Of a stretch of DNA of 64,000 nt, positions 9,768-19,511 are shown in pieces. Each line of letters starts with the position of its first letter. Positions within the stretch are counted from its first letter, which is position 1. The position numbers were made by a program, and so were the translations under genes. The stretch is from Pseudomonadales bacterium (GTDB taxonomy: Bacteria > Pseudomonadota > Gammaproteobacteria > Pseudomonadales > CAWVSB01), in assembly GCA_036960375.1 (NCBI GenBank), contig JBALVY010000001.1, positions 42,293 to 106,292 of the forward strand, given 5' to 3'. The notes beneath the pieces were generated by a model that searched no databases, was not told where the DNA came from, and saw only the letters and a program-made list of their open reading frames with translations.

Positions 9768-10139
9768 TTGTTTGCTCGTGCAGTTGTTGTAATGCTTGCC
9801 GTTTTGTTTGCCAGTCAAACAATTGCTGCTGCGTTCGATTCTCATAGCTCGCATCAAAAGCCCGATACTAATCGAAGCTTATCTCATCTAGATTTAGACG
9901 AATCTCATCATTCACATGTGGAAGGATCACTCGCATCCAGTGATGCTGCCGATGAAAATGGCCAGCAAGACGCATTTGATTGTCATCATTGCTGTCATTG
10001 CCACACTCCCACAGGGGCTTATATTATTGGCAGTGAAGATTCGCCTAAATTACGTGAAAACAACACTCGCCCTATCATGAAAAATACCTCACTATTTTCA
10101 CTCAGGATCACCCCGAAACACCGCCCTCCTATATCTTGA
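9768..10139 (+). CDS. Small secreted His/Cys-rich putative metal-binding protein
   Basis: TTG start with no clear SD. Signal-like MFARAVVVMLAVLFASQTIAAA. Clusters DESHHSHVEG and DCHHCCHCHTP. Sits directly upstream of the RND adaptor and pump. Confidence 0.45.
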   Translation: MFARAVVVMLAVLFASQTIAAAFDSHSSHQKPDTNRSLSHLDLDESHHSHVEGSLASSDAADENGQQDAFDCHHCCHCHTPTGAYIIGSEDSPKLRENNTRPIMKNTSLFSLRITPKHRPPIS

Positions 10140-10270
10140 TTCTTGCGCTCAATCTATACCTGTTGCTGATCGAATTAGTTGAAGCCATATCGTCCTTTAT
10201 ATTCTATTGCCGATGATTTGCTAGAAACCTCGATTCGCATTCTATTTAGAACATAGTTAAGAGAATCACA

Positions 10271-11560
10271 ATGAGTCAATTTAAATTCCGTGGCCTGGTA
10301 ATCGCAGCGATTATTTCTAGCGCCTCAAATATATGTACGGCAGAGAAAACCGACATAACATCCAATACTGAAACATCGTCTGCACAGCAACACGTTCATA
10401 AAGAACTTATCTATGACGATGTAAAAACGCTTAAGCATAAAGATTCTCCATCCGACGTCGATCACCTGCATGACGAGATTGATCCCGCTAACCAAGACAG
10501 CAAAAACGGTAATGAGTCGGGCGACCTAGCCCACGAAGAAGGTATTAGCTTTAGCCCTGAGCAAATGGCCCTTGCGGGTATTCGTGTTGAGCCCATCACT
10601 CCGCAAATATTTGCTGACAACTTATATGCGCCTGGCGAAATTAAGGCCAATGGCTACAAAAGTTATATTGTTTCGCCGCGCACTGAGTCGGTTATCGTTT
10701 CTCGACATGCCACGCTAGGGCAACATGTCGAAAAGGGCGATGAGCTAGTCACTCTTTTTAGTGAGTCAGTAGCGCAAGCACAAGCCAATTACCGGGTGGC
10801 TTACAATGATTGGCAACGTAACAAAAAACTGGGTAAAAAAACCGTCAGTGAAAGCCGGTTATTGAGCTCAGAAACCGATTATATTGCCGCTTATAGTCGT
10901 CTACAGGCCTTTGGTTTAACCGATGCGGCCATTGCTCGGGTTGTAAAAAATTACTCATCAAACCCCAACATTGGTGTACTGGGTGAGTATACGCTGATCG
11001 CACAACGCGAGGGTGCGGTACTCAGCGATGACTTCTATCAAGGCCAGCGCGTCTCAGCCGGTGAAGCCATTATGGTACTAGCGGACGAAAGCGAGCTTTG
11101 GGTTGAAGCACGTGTATCGCCAAACAAACGTCTAAATTTGCCGATAGGCACGCAGGCTGTTATCGAGATGGCCGATGAATCCTTTATTGCCACCGTTATT
11201 CAAGAAGCACACACCATAGATCCCAAAACACGTACCCGTATCGTACGTTTGGCGGTTGAAAATTTTGATGACCGTTTACATCCCGGCATGTTTGTTAACG
11301 TGAATTTTCGCTTTGAAACTGACAATGATGTGATGGCCGTACCTGAATCAGCACTGATGCTCTCTAGCGATGGTGATTGGACCGTATTTACTGAAGATCA
11401 CCCCGGTAAATTTACCGCTGTAGAAGTTAAATTGGGGCGTTCGCTGGGCGCATATCGAGAAATTTCTGGCATAGCCCCACAAACACGCATAGTAATTAGC
11501 GGAGCATTCTTTGTCGCATCAGAAATTGCAAAAGGCGGATTTGACCCACACGGCCACTAA
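10271..11560 (+). CDS. RND efflux periplasmic adaptor (CzcB/CusB-like membrane fusion protein)
   Basis: Signal peptide and a His/Asp-rich N-terminal region (QQHVHKE...DVDHLHDE). Lipoyl and beta-barrel MFP-like core. 26 bp upstream of the pump gene. Confidence 0.8.
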   Translation: MSQFKFRGLVIAAIISSASNICTAEKTDITSNTETSSAQQHVHKELIYDDVKTLKHKDSPSDVDHLHDEIDPANQDSKNGNESGDLAHEEGISFSPEQMALAGIRVEPITPQIFADNLYAPGEIKANGYKSYIVSPRTESVIVSRHATLGQHVEKGDELVTLFSESVAQAQANYRVAYNDWQRNKKLGKKTVSESRLLSSETDYIAAYSRLQAFGLTDAAIARVVKNYSSNPNIGVLGEYTLIAQREGAVLSDDFYQGQRVSAGEAIMVLADESELWVEARVSPNKRLNLPIGTQAVIEMADESFIATVIQEAHTIDPKTRTRIVRLAVENFDDRLHPGMFVNVNFRFETDNDVMAVPESALMLSSDGDWTVFTEDHPGKFTAVEVKLGRSLGAYREISGIAPQTRIVISGAFFVASEIAKGGFDPHGH

Positions 11561-11586
11561 CCACAAGGTGAAAGGAGCAGGAAATT

Positions 11587-14500
11587 ATGTTTAATAAACT
11601 CATTGATTTTTCTGTCAACAATCGCCTATTGGTGATGTTGATATTAACAGCGACACTGGTGAACTCTGTGTTCATTATCCCCAAACTCAATCTGGATGCT
11701 TTTCCAGATGTCACTAACGTACAGGTTGTAGTCAATACTGAAGCGCCTGGGCTTGCCGCAGAAGAAGTCGAACAACTAATTACTTATCCGATTGAGGCGG
11801 TGATGTATGCAATGCCTGATGTCGATCAAGTACGGTCTATCTCTAAAACAGGCCTATCGGGTGTTACGGTAGTTTTTAAGGAAGGCACCGATATTTATTT
11901 CGCTCGACAGTTGGTTTTTGAACGCCTGCAAGCGGCAAAAGAGCTAATACCGGCCGGGGTGGGCACACCAGAAATGGGGCCAAATACCTCGGGACTCGGG
12001 CAAGTATTTCAATATTTACTCATCGCCGATAAAGATGCCGGTTATGACTCAATGGCTTTGCGAAGCCTTAACGATTGGATTGTAAAGCTGCTTGTTATGC
12101 CGGTTGATGGCGTGACAGATGTTTTGTCTTTTGGCGGTAACGTTCGCCAATATCAGGTGAACATTGAGCCAAGTAAATTGTTGTCTTACGAATTGAGCCA
12201 GAACGATATTGTTAAGGCATTAGACAACAATAATAGCAATGTTGGCGGCTGGTACATGAACCGCGGTCAGGAACAGTTGGTTATCCGGGGAACTGGCTGG
12301 TTTAGTGGCGGCGAAGCCGGGCTAAGCGATATACGCCAAGTTCCGGTTAAGACGGTTGAGGGTACGGTGGTCACAGTGGCTGATGTTGCAACGGTAGCGC
12401 TTGGCAGTGAAATTCGTCAAGGTGCAGTCACAATGACGCGTCGCGATGAAAATGGCGATATCGAAAAACTGGGCGAAGTGGTTTCCGGCATTGTGCTAAA
12501 ACGTATGGGGGCCAATACCAAGACAACCATCGATGGTATCACTGCGCGCCTACCTTTGATCAAACAGGCTTTACCCCAAGGCGTGCGTTTTGAACCGTTT
12601 TATGACCAGTCAGATCTAATTATTAGTGCGGTAAAAACAGTGGTTGATTCGCTCATCATCGCCTTCATTTTTATCGCTATTGTCCTTGCTTTGTTTTTGA
12701 TGAACTTACGCGCAACTCTGCTGGTATTGATTTCAATTCCAATATCAATCGCAATCACCCTGATGATTATGTCCTACCTGGGGCTATCGGCCAATTTGAT
12801 GTCCTTAGGCGGCATTGCTGTTGCCATTGGTATATTGGTCGATGGCTCCGTGGTAATGGTCGAGAATATGTTTAAGCACCTTAGCCGGCCTTACGATGAG
12901 GAACCTAACGAGACAGGTGTTCCGCTTAGATTAAAGCAAGCGGGTAAAGAAGTAGCTCGCCCGGTATTTTTCGCCGCTTCGATAATTCTGGTGGTATTTA
13001 TGCCATTGTTTAGTTTTGAAGGAGTTGAAGCCAAATTATTCCACCCGATGGCTATTAGCATTGTTTTGGCTATTGTCTCGGCGATATTGGTCGCACTAAT
13101 AGTGGTGCCCGCCATGGCGACCTACCTATTCAAAAAAGGCATAAGAGAACGCGAAAGTATTATTTTGCGTCCGCTAGACCGCTGGTACCGCAAAGGTTTG
13201 GCTATAGCGATAGATCGTAAAAAAATAGTTATAGGGTTATCGTTTATGTTGTTGGCTACCGCCGTAGCGCTACTACCACAGATTGGTACTGAGTTTGTGC
13301 CCGAACTAGAGGAAGGCACAATCAACTTGCGTGCAACCTTGGCACCCTCATCAAGTTTAGAAACGGCATTACAGGTCGCTCCCATCCTGGAACAAAAGCT
13401 GATGGCATTTCCTGAGGTAACATATGCCTTAAGCCGCATGGGACGAGCAGAAATTGGAGGTGACCCGGAGCCAGTCAACAATATAGAGATTTATATCGGC
13501 CTAAAACCTGTAGATGAATGGACGAGTGCCGCGGATCGCTATGAACTGCAACGTTTGATGGAGATCGAGTTAGAACAATTCCCGGGTCTGCTACTGAATT
13601 TCTCACAACCGATTGCAACGCGAGTTGATGAATTGCTTTCCGGTGTTAAGGCTCAGCTTGCGATCAAATTGTTCGGACCTGATCTAGAGATACTTGCGTC
13701 AAAAGGCCAGGAAATCGAAGCCTTAATTAGGACCGTTGATGGAACTCGTGATGTGGCCATTGAACAAATTGCTGGAGAAGCGCAACTCGTAGTTAAACCA
13801 AACCGTCAACAACTGTCCCGCTTTGGGCTTTCTGTTGGCGATGTTATGAATTTGGTTAAAGATGGTATCGGCGGCACTACGGCTGGTCAGGTGATTAACG
13901 GCAATGAACGTTATGACATTTATGTGCGCTTGCAAGAAAAGAGTCGCAATACTCGCGAAGCCATAGCGGAGTTGCGCATACAATCGCCAACCGGTGCATG
14001 GGTTAGATTAGGAGATATCGCTGAAATTGCTCTTGAATCCGGTCCGCCGCAAGTGCGCCGTGATGACGTCCAACGCCGGGTGGTTATACAGGCCAACGTT
14101 CAAGCTCGAGATATGGGTAGCGTCGTGGCCGATATTCGTCGTCTTGTCGACTCCAGCATCGTTTTGCCAGCAGGTTATTCGGTGACTATTGGTGGCCAGT
14201 TTGAAAGCCAACAACGCGCCCAAGCCCGACTTGCCATCGTCTTACCTGTGTCATTGGGCCTAATTGCATTGCTACTATACTTTGCCTTTGGTTCTACCGG
14301 ACAGGCCATGCTGATTTTGGTCAATGTCCCTTTGGCAGTGATAGGCGGTATATTCTCACTGTACATATCAGGGCAGTATTTATCTGTACCAAGCTCTGTC
14401 GGTTTCATTACGCTTTTTGGTGTTGCGGTACTCAACGGCGTGGTGATGGTTGAAAGCATCAATCAGCGTATTCAAGATGGTCGCGATATATCGCAGGCAG

Positions 14501-14730
14501 TGTTTGAAGGTGCCGCGTCACGGCTACGTCCGGTTCTAATGACGGCGATCACTTCGGCATTAGGCCTAATACCCCTATTGATGTCGAACGGTGTTGGCGC
14601 TGAAATTCAACGACCACTAGCAAGCGTTATTGTAGGTGGCTTAATTACCGCAACCTTATTGACCTTGTTTGTACTACCCGTGCTTTTTACCTGGTTTTCG
14701 AAAACCAAAATTGCTGAGATGCGGCGGTAA
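11587..14730 (+). CDS. Heavy-metal efflux RND pump, CusA/CzcA family
   Basis: 1047 aa with 12-TM RND architecture. N-terminus MFNKLIDFSVNNRLLVMLI...DAFPDVTNVQVVV is typical of the HME-RND family. Confidence 0.9.
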   Translation: MFNKLIDFSVNNRLLVMLILTATLVNSVFIIPKLNLDAFPDVTNVQVVVNTEAPGLAAEEVEQLITYPIEAVMYAMPDVDQVRSISKTGLSGVTVVFKEGTDIYFARQLVFERLQAAKELIPAGVGTPEMGPNTSGLGQVFQYLLIADKDAGYDSMALRSLNDWIVKLLVMPVDGVTDVLSFGGNVRQYQVNIEPSKLLSYELSQNDIVKALDNNNSNVGGWYMNRGQEQLVIRGTGWFSGGEAGLSDIRQVPVKTVEGTVVTVADVATVALGSEIRQGAVTMTRRDENGDIEKLGEVVSGIVLKRMGANTKTTIDGITARLPLIKQALPQGVRFEPFYDQSDLIISAVKTVVDSLIIAFIFIAIVLALFLMNLRATLLVLISIPISIAITLMIMSYLGLSANLMSLGGIAVAIGILVDGSVVMVENMFKHLSRPYDEEPNETGVPLRLKQAGKEVARPVFFAASIILVVFMPLFSFEGVEAKLFHPMAISIVLAIVSAILVALIVVPAMATYLFKKGIRERESIILRPLDRWYRKGLAIAIDRKKIVIGLSFMLLATAVALLPQIGTEFVPELEEGTINLRATLAPSSSLETALQVAPILEQKLMAFPEVTYALSRMGRAEIGGDPEPVNNIEIYIGLKPVDEWTSAADRYELQRLMEIELEQFPGLLLNFSQPIATRVDELLSGVKAQLAIKLFGPDLEILASKGQEIEALIRTVDGTRDVAIEQIAGEAQLVVKPNRQQLSRFGLSVGDVMNLVKDGIGGTTAGQVINGNERYDIYVRLQEKSRNTREAIAELRIQSPTGAWVRLGDIAEIALESGPPQVRRDDVQRRVVIQANVQARDMGSVVADIRRLVDSSIVLPAGYSVTIGGQFESQQRAQARLAIVLPVSLGLIALLLYFAFGSTGQAMLILVNVPLAVIGGIFSLYISGQYLSVPSSVGFITLFGVAVLNGVVMVESINQRIQDGRDISQAVFEGAASRLRPVLMTAITSALGLIPLLMSNGVGAEIQRPLASVIVGGLITATLLTLFVLPVLFTWFSKTKIAEMRR

Positions 14731-14790
14731 TGGTGCCCTGCTTGCGTATTGAAGATGGGCACGGTTACGTGGGCACTCACCTCATCCGCG

Positions 14791-14815
14791 ATAATCGATT
14801 ACTGACAACCTGTTT
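14791..14815. repeat. Left copy of a 25-bp direct repeat
   Basis: ATAATCGATTACTGACAACCTGTTT, 23/25 identical to 15739-15763. Non-coding, 61 bp after the pump stop codon. Confidence 0.8.
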
Positions 14816-14924
14816 CAATGGCTTTTCAGGCTTCGCAGTATCCCAGCGCGGCATGCCGGATGACATGCCGTCGATCGAAGTTTCGACACCTCAGCGAGAG
14901 TGTGCCGAGGTACCGTTAACCAAC

Positions 14925-15461
14925 TTACTCCAGATCAGCCACGGGAACCATGATGTGGGCGTAGGGAGTGTCTCCCCACATCACATAGGGGCCGCCAACT
15001 GTGGGGTCCTCAGTGATTCCTTTAAGTAACTCTTTTGGCACAATAATCATCAAATGCGGTCCAGTTTCCACATAGTCGGCCGCGTTCTTCGGGTCGGGAT
15101 GATAGGGGTCTGAGTTACTTACTCCCGCGCCCTCGTCGCCCTGGAGCATATAGGATATGCCAATGCCATTAGCCAGGAAATCGCCCTTGCTGCCAACTGC
15201 ATTCAGCATTTTTAACCACATAGCGTCATTACACATTGGTGCGTTGTCCATCGCCATAGTATCAGGCATACAAGTCCAGCCGTTGCTGCCTTCGACCACT
15301 ACTTGGCCTTCAATAACTATGCTCGCACCAGCGCTGATTGAAGCTGGTGCAGCCGTTCTTGCGTGGGCTATTTTCGTCTCGATATTGTCGGCGGCCATGG
15401 CGCTACCAAATACGGTTAAGCCAGCCACTATTGCCAATAGTTTACTGCCAGGAATGTTCAT
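14925..15461 (-). CDS. Secreted/periplasmic protein of unknown function (178 aa)
   Basis: Signal peptide MNIPGSKLLAIVAGLTVFGSAMA|AD. Two Cys (GWTCMPD...APMCND). No family recognised. Confidence 0.55.
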   Translation of the reverse strand: MNIPGSKLLAIVAGLTVFGSAMAADNIETKIAHARTAAPASISAGASIVIEGQVVVEGSNGWTCMPDTMAMDNAPMCNDAMWLKMLNAVGSKGDFLANGIGISYMLQGDEGAGVSNSDPYHPDPKNAADYVETGPHLMIIVPKELLKGITEDPTVGGPYVMWGDTPYAHIMVPVADLE

Positions 15462-15738
15462 GATTATTACTCCTTGCTAGTTTTCTGAGGGAATTAACTT
15501 TTTGAGGAGGCTCCGGAGAGTCACCGAGGAGTAAAGTGTAGACCATTTCCACCATGTTGCTACTTGCTGTGGTGCTGCTTGTCTTTGGCGGCTTTCTTAT
15601 CCCTCTGAATACCACCTGCCATACGATCAGCGACATAGGTATTGGTCAGCAAAATATCCATGAGTGGATGTGGTCGGTAAATTTAAATCGACGCTTTGAC
15701 TGAGTCTTTGTGGATGGCTTCCGGACAATTTGGCCTAA

Positions 15739-15763
15739 ATAATCGATTGCTGACAATCTGTTT
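15739..15763. repeat. Right copy of a 25-bp direct repeat
   Basis: ATAATCGATTGCTGACAATCTGTTT, 23/25 identical to 14791-14815. Lies in the 603-bp intergenic gap. Confidence 0.8.
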
Positions 15764-16064
15764 TCGACAGAAAATTGGGGCAAAAGGCTGTGTATTCCAC
15801 CTATCGCTCCAGATTCATTAGGCCGTAGTTATTTCATTGCCATTACTGTAATGTTGGCGATCAAGCGAAATTATAATAACGAGAACAGCTATATGAATCA
15901 GCCCGCTACCACACCCCCTCCAATGGCTATTGCTTATACGATGGTGAGCTCAAGTAAGCGCACTATTCCATCGGCATAGTGTCATTTATTAATTTGACCT
16001 CCGCCACATTATTTATGCTGGCAGCCCACAAATTATTGGCTGACCTTAAGACTGGAAACACATA

Positions 16065-17228
16065 ATGAATAAAACGTGGCTTGCAACGTTATTAGCCCTC
16101 GCCGTGGTAGTTGGCTTTTTTGCCTTTGGTCCGCGGATTGCCGATAACATCCAAAATGTTGTTGTACCACATCAGCCCTACGCTGTATCTGAGCGGGCAG
16201 CGCAACTGCATAAAACACTGCTTATTGGTGACTGGCATGCAGACAGTTTGCTTTGGGCCAGAGATCTAAGCGAAGAGTATGACTACGGACATCTGGATAT
16301 TCCTCGTATGCAGCGTGGCAATATGGCACTGCAGATGTTTACCACGGTCACCAAAACTCCCAGTGGACTAAACTACGACAGTAATGAGGCTGAAACTTCC
16401 GACAGTATAACGCTGTTAGCCGTGACCCAGCGCTGGCCAGTAGCCACTTGGACCAGCCTTACCGAACGGGCCATTTTTCAGGCAGACAAACTTCACCAAC
16501 TTGCTCAGCACGATAGCCAAAACCTTATGCTGATTACCTCTCAGTCCGGGCTGGCAGAATTTATAGCACAGCGTGTTAGCAACCCAAGGTTGATTGGCGG
16601 CCTGTTGGGTACTGAAGGCTCCCATGCCCTGGATGGCAATCTGGATAATATTCAGCGCCTATTTGATAAGGGCTTTCGCATGATGAGCCTGCAACATTTT
16701 TTCGATAATAAACTCGGCGGTTCACTGCATGGCACTAGCGGTGCAGGGCTAAGCCAATTTGGCCGCGACGCTATCGCGAAAATGCAGCTGCTGGGGATTA
16801 TGCTGGATGTCTCCCACTCATCAGAAAATGTGGTTAGAGATACCTTGGCGCTCAGTGATAAGCCGCTACTGGTAAGTCATACCGGCTTTCAGGGGCACTG
16901 CCAGTCGGCCCGCAATATCAGTGATGCACTAATGCAAGAAATTGCCGCAAAAGGAGGATTAATCGCTGTGGGTTATTGGGACGGCGCAATCTGTGGCACT
17001 AGCCCTGCAACAGTGGCAGAGGCGATTGTCTATGGCATTGCTTTGCTGGGTGAAGACCATGTGGCGCTGGGCTCAGATTTCGATGGCACTGTGACCACCG
17101 CCTTTGATGGCAGTGAACTTGCGGTTGTCACCCATGAATTGCTTGAATCGGGCCTTACTGAGGAGCAGATTCGCAAAGTTATGGGTGAAAATATGCTGCA
17201 TTATTTAGAAAGTAACTTACCGCCTTAA
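16065..17228 (+). CDS. Membrane-anchored dipeptidase, peptidase family M19
   Basis: N-terminal TM. M19-type motifs GDWHADS, DVSHSSENVVRD, LVSHTG and ALGSDFDG. Confidence 0.8.
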   Translation: MNKTWLATLLALAVVVGFFAFGPRIADNIQNVVVPHQPYAVSERAAQLHKTLLIGDWHADSLLWARDLSEEYDYGHLDIPRMQRGNMALQMFTTVTKTPSGLNYDSNEAETSDSITLLAVTQRWPVATWTSLTERAIFQADKLHQLAQHDSQNLMLITSQSGLAEFIAQRVSNPRLIGGLLGTEGSHALDGNLDNIQRLFDKGFRMMSLQHFFDNKLGGSLHGTSGAGLSQFGRDAIAKMQLLGIMLDVSHSSENVVRDTLALSDKPLLVSHTGFQGHCQSARNISDALMQEIAAKGGLIAVGYWDGAICGTSPATVAEAIVYGIALLGEDHVALGSDFDGTVTTAFDGSELAVVTHELLESGLTEEQIRKVMGENMLHYLESNLPP

Positions 17229-17297
17229 TGGAAGTACCCGCACTACCGGTAACATCGTTTTCCCATAGCTGGCTTGATATTGCCTAGCTAGGCAACA

Positions 17298-18071
17298 TCA
17301 GTCGCGGAATGAAGGATCAGAACGATCGAGTTTACGTAACAAGCCAGGCCAGGCGAGCGCTCCTCCCATATTACGGGTCACGGCGCCTGCTTGTTCACGC
17401 ATTGTGGAGACAATTTCAACAGGAACCTGTAAGAGGTTCTGTGCGCCTTGAGCCCGCAGCTGAATGGTGCATGCGGATTCCAGAATGTACATGGCCAAAA
17501 AGGTGTCGGCTATGGTTGGTGCGCACGTCAACAAGCCGTGATTTCTGAGGATCATAAAAGTATTGGTGCCCAGATCATCGACTAGTCGAGGCTTCTCGTC
17601 ATCTCGAAGAGCAACACCTTCGTAGCCGTGGTAACTCATGCCGGAAAGTGCAAACAAGGACTGTTGCGACAATGGCAGCAAGCCTTCTTGCTGGGCCGAA
17701 ACCGCAACGCCATTAATCGTATGGGTGTGCATCACACATTGAGCGTCGTCTCGGGCCGCATGAACAGCACTGTGAATCGTGAAGCCCGCCGGGTTTATTT
17801 CGTAGGGAGATCCCAGTACTTTATTGCCGTCAAGGTCAACTTTAACCAGGCTGCTTGCAGTAATCTCCTCAAACATAAAGCCATAGGGGTTTATAAGAAA
17901 GTGGTGATCTGCGCCTGGGACTCGAGCCGAGATATGGGTAAAAACAAGATCGTCCCAACCATAGGCGGCTACCAATCGGTAAGCGGCAGCCAGGTCAACA
18001 CGCAGCTGCCATTCTTCAGCACTGACTTGCTGTTTAACCGTCTGTGTGAATTCAGTAGTCGATGATTGCAT
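17298..18071 (-). CDS. Class II aldolase/adducin-family protein
   Basis: 257 aa. Metal-binding His cluster VMHTHT and overall class II aldolase-like pattern (FTHISARVPG...). Confidence 0.8.
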   Translation of the reverse strand: MQSSTTEFTQTVKQQVSAEEWQLRVDLAAAYRLVAAYGWDDLVFTHISARVPGADHHFLINPYGFMFEEITASSLVKVDLDGNKVLGSPYEINPAGFTIHSAVHAARDDAQCVMHTHTINGVAVSAQQEGLLPLSQQSLFALSGMSYHGYEGVALRDDEKPRLVDDLGTNTFMILRNHGLLTCAPTIADTFLAMYILESACTIQLRAQGAQNLLQVPVEIVSTMREQAGAVTRNMGGALAWPGLLRKLDRSDPSFRD

Positions 18072-18172
18072 GCTATTCCCCTTTGTAGAACGAGCTATTA
18101 TCCATGCCGAAGCCGAGCTAGACTGTCAACAGCTTTACAGTTGTCCAAAGACAGCCATTATTGGAGTGTCGC

Positions 18173-18841
18173 GTGGTGGAGCATAAATTGACTCTAGGTT
18201 TATTGACTGAAAATGAATGGCTGGCAGGTTTGCCGAGCCAGGCGACCGAACGATTGATCCAGGCGGCGAAAGTTCGGCGCTTCAAGGAAAACCAGAGTGT
18301 TCAGGCCAAAGGCGCACCTGCTGATGGGTTATATGGTGTTCTCAGTGGGGAGGTACGAGTCAGCGCCACTAGCTTTGCAGGCGATGAAATCGTTTTCACC
18401 CGAATATTGCCCGGGCAATGGTTTGGTGAAATCGCCCTACTCGACGGTGGCCCGCGAACCCATGATGCCCACGCCCTGATTGAGTCCGAATTGGCGATAC
18501 TGCCCAAAAAAGTTGTTATGGATCTGTGTTTCAGCTTCCCCGAGGTCTATCGGGCAATGGTTCTGCTACTTTGTGGCCACTGTCGGCAGGCGTTCACCGC
18601 CGTCGACGATCTTTTGGTGTGTTCGCCAGAACAGCGCCTGGCCAGACGGCTATTGCAACGGAGTACAGACAGTAAGCGCTTGAACATTGAAATCAGTCAA
18701 CAGGAATTGGGTTCGCTTATTGGTATTTCGCGGCAAAGTACCAATAAAATCCTTAAATCATGGGAATCAAAAGGCTTTATTGTTCGGGTCTATCGTGGCC
18801 TGGAAATCATTAATATCGACGCACTGAGGGCAGTAATCTGA
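18173..18841 (+). CDS. Crp/Fnr-family transcriptional regulator
   Basis: cNMP-binding-like domain (GDEIVFTRILPGQWFGEIALLDGGPRTHDA). C-terminal HTH ISQQELGSLIGISRQSTNKILKSWE. GTG 18173 follows GGAG by 7 nt. The track ORF begins at TTG 18161. Confidence 0.8.
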   Translation: MVEHKLTLGLLTENEWLAGLPSQATERLIQAAKVRRFKENQSVQAKGAPADGLYGVLSGEVRVSATSFAGDEIVFTRILPGQWFGEIALLDGGPRTHDAHALIESELAILPKKVVMDLCFSFPEVYRAMVLLLCGHCRQAFTAVDDLLVCSPEQRLARRLLQRSTDSKRLNIEISQQELGSLIGISRQSTNKILKSWESKGFIVRVYRGLEIINIDALRAVI

Positions 18842-19090
18842 GCTACGGTGTTATTAGCTTTGTAAAATAAAAGGCTGGTCAATTCATCCAAACCGGCCAA
18901 CCAGAAGAGTTTTCTTTCAAGTATCTCTCAGTAACGTCAAGCATTGCACCAACTAAACCGGTAACACCACCGGTATTAGCCACAATGCGACTTTGTCATA
19001 GGTATCCTTCAAACTTTTATTGACAAAAAGACTAGCCCCACCGCGATGAGTTTGCTAATTTAACTAAAACTCTACTGACGGGATTGGCAT

Positions 19091-19327
19091 ATGTCTTATA
19101 ACCACGAGATGATCGAAGAGTTAAACATCCTTGCTTGTTACAACTTACATAGCAACCAGGAAGGCATAAAAGTCCATAGCTCAGCTAGCAAAGATTCCAT
19201 TGCAGCCACACAGCGCCTTTTCGATAAAGGCTTGATTTCACAAGCCGACGGCGGCTACCTCACTAGCCTTGGCATCACCGCGGCAGAGCACGCACAAAAC
19301 CTTTTACAAATTATAAAAGCGTCATAA
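19091..19327 (+). CDS. Small conserved hypothetical protein (resembles the TIGR02647 family)
   Basis: 78 aa. Pattern ELNILACYNL...QEGIKVH...RLFDKGLISQADGGYLTSLG recalled from a gammaproteobacterial small-protein family. Not verified by search. Confidence 0.5.
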   Translation: MSYNHEMIEELNILACYNLHSNQEGIKVHSSASKDSIAATQRLFDKGLISQADGGYLTSLGITAAEHAQNLLQIIKAS

Positions 19328-19511
19328 CCCAAGCTCCCAGCCATTAACAACCTCTTTTGCCAAACTCAATCACTGCCATTGTCCGGCACATCAAGACCGC
19401 CTTAATTTTCTGGCAGCAAAATCGTGATGACGAAACAGTAAATATTATCGTAGACTGAATTCCCTCAAACTAAGTGCACACTATAAAAATCACTAGAGGA
19501 ATTCGACCGCA

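Noticed and set aside
9755-9847. 30-codon ATG ORF encoding a peptide with 10 Cys (MRFPLVCSCSCCNACRFVCQSNNCCCVRFS)
   Set aside because: It is the +1 frame of the signal-peptide codons (GTT/GCT/TTG-rich) of the 123-aa metal-protein ORF, which mechanically yields TGT/TGC. It has no SD. It is most likely a frame artefact, although its metal-operon context made me look twice.
14730-15029. 99-aa plus-strand ORF after the RND pump
   Set aside because: It runs through the intergenic repeat and overlaps the 3' end of the better-supported minus-strand gene 14925..15461. It has no SD or motifs.
15554-15703. 49-codon ORF with a TM-like start (MLLLAVVLLVFGGFLIPL...) in the 603-bp gap
   Set aside because: It has no SD within range (the nearest GAGGAG is about 22 nt upstream) and no supporting conservation data. 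It could be a real small membrane protein, but I cannot support that from sequence alone.
17628-18065. 145-aa plus-strand ORF
   Set aside because: It is antisense to the class II aldolase gene, which has the supported reading frame.
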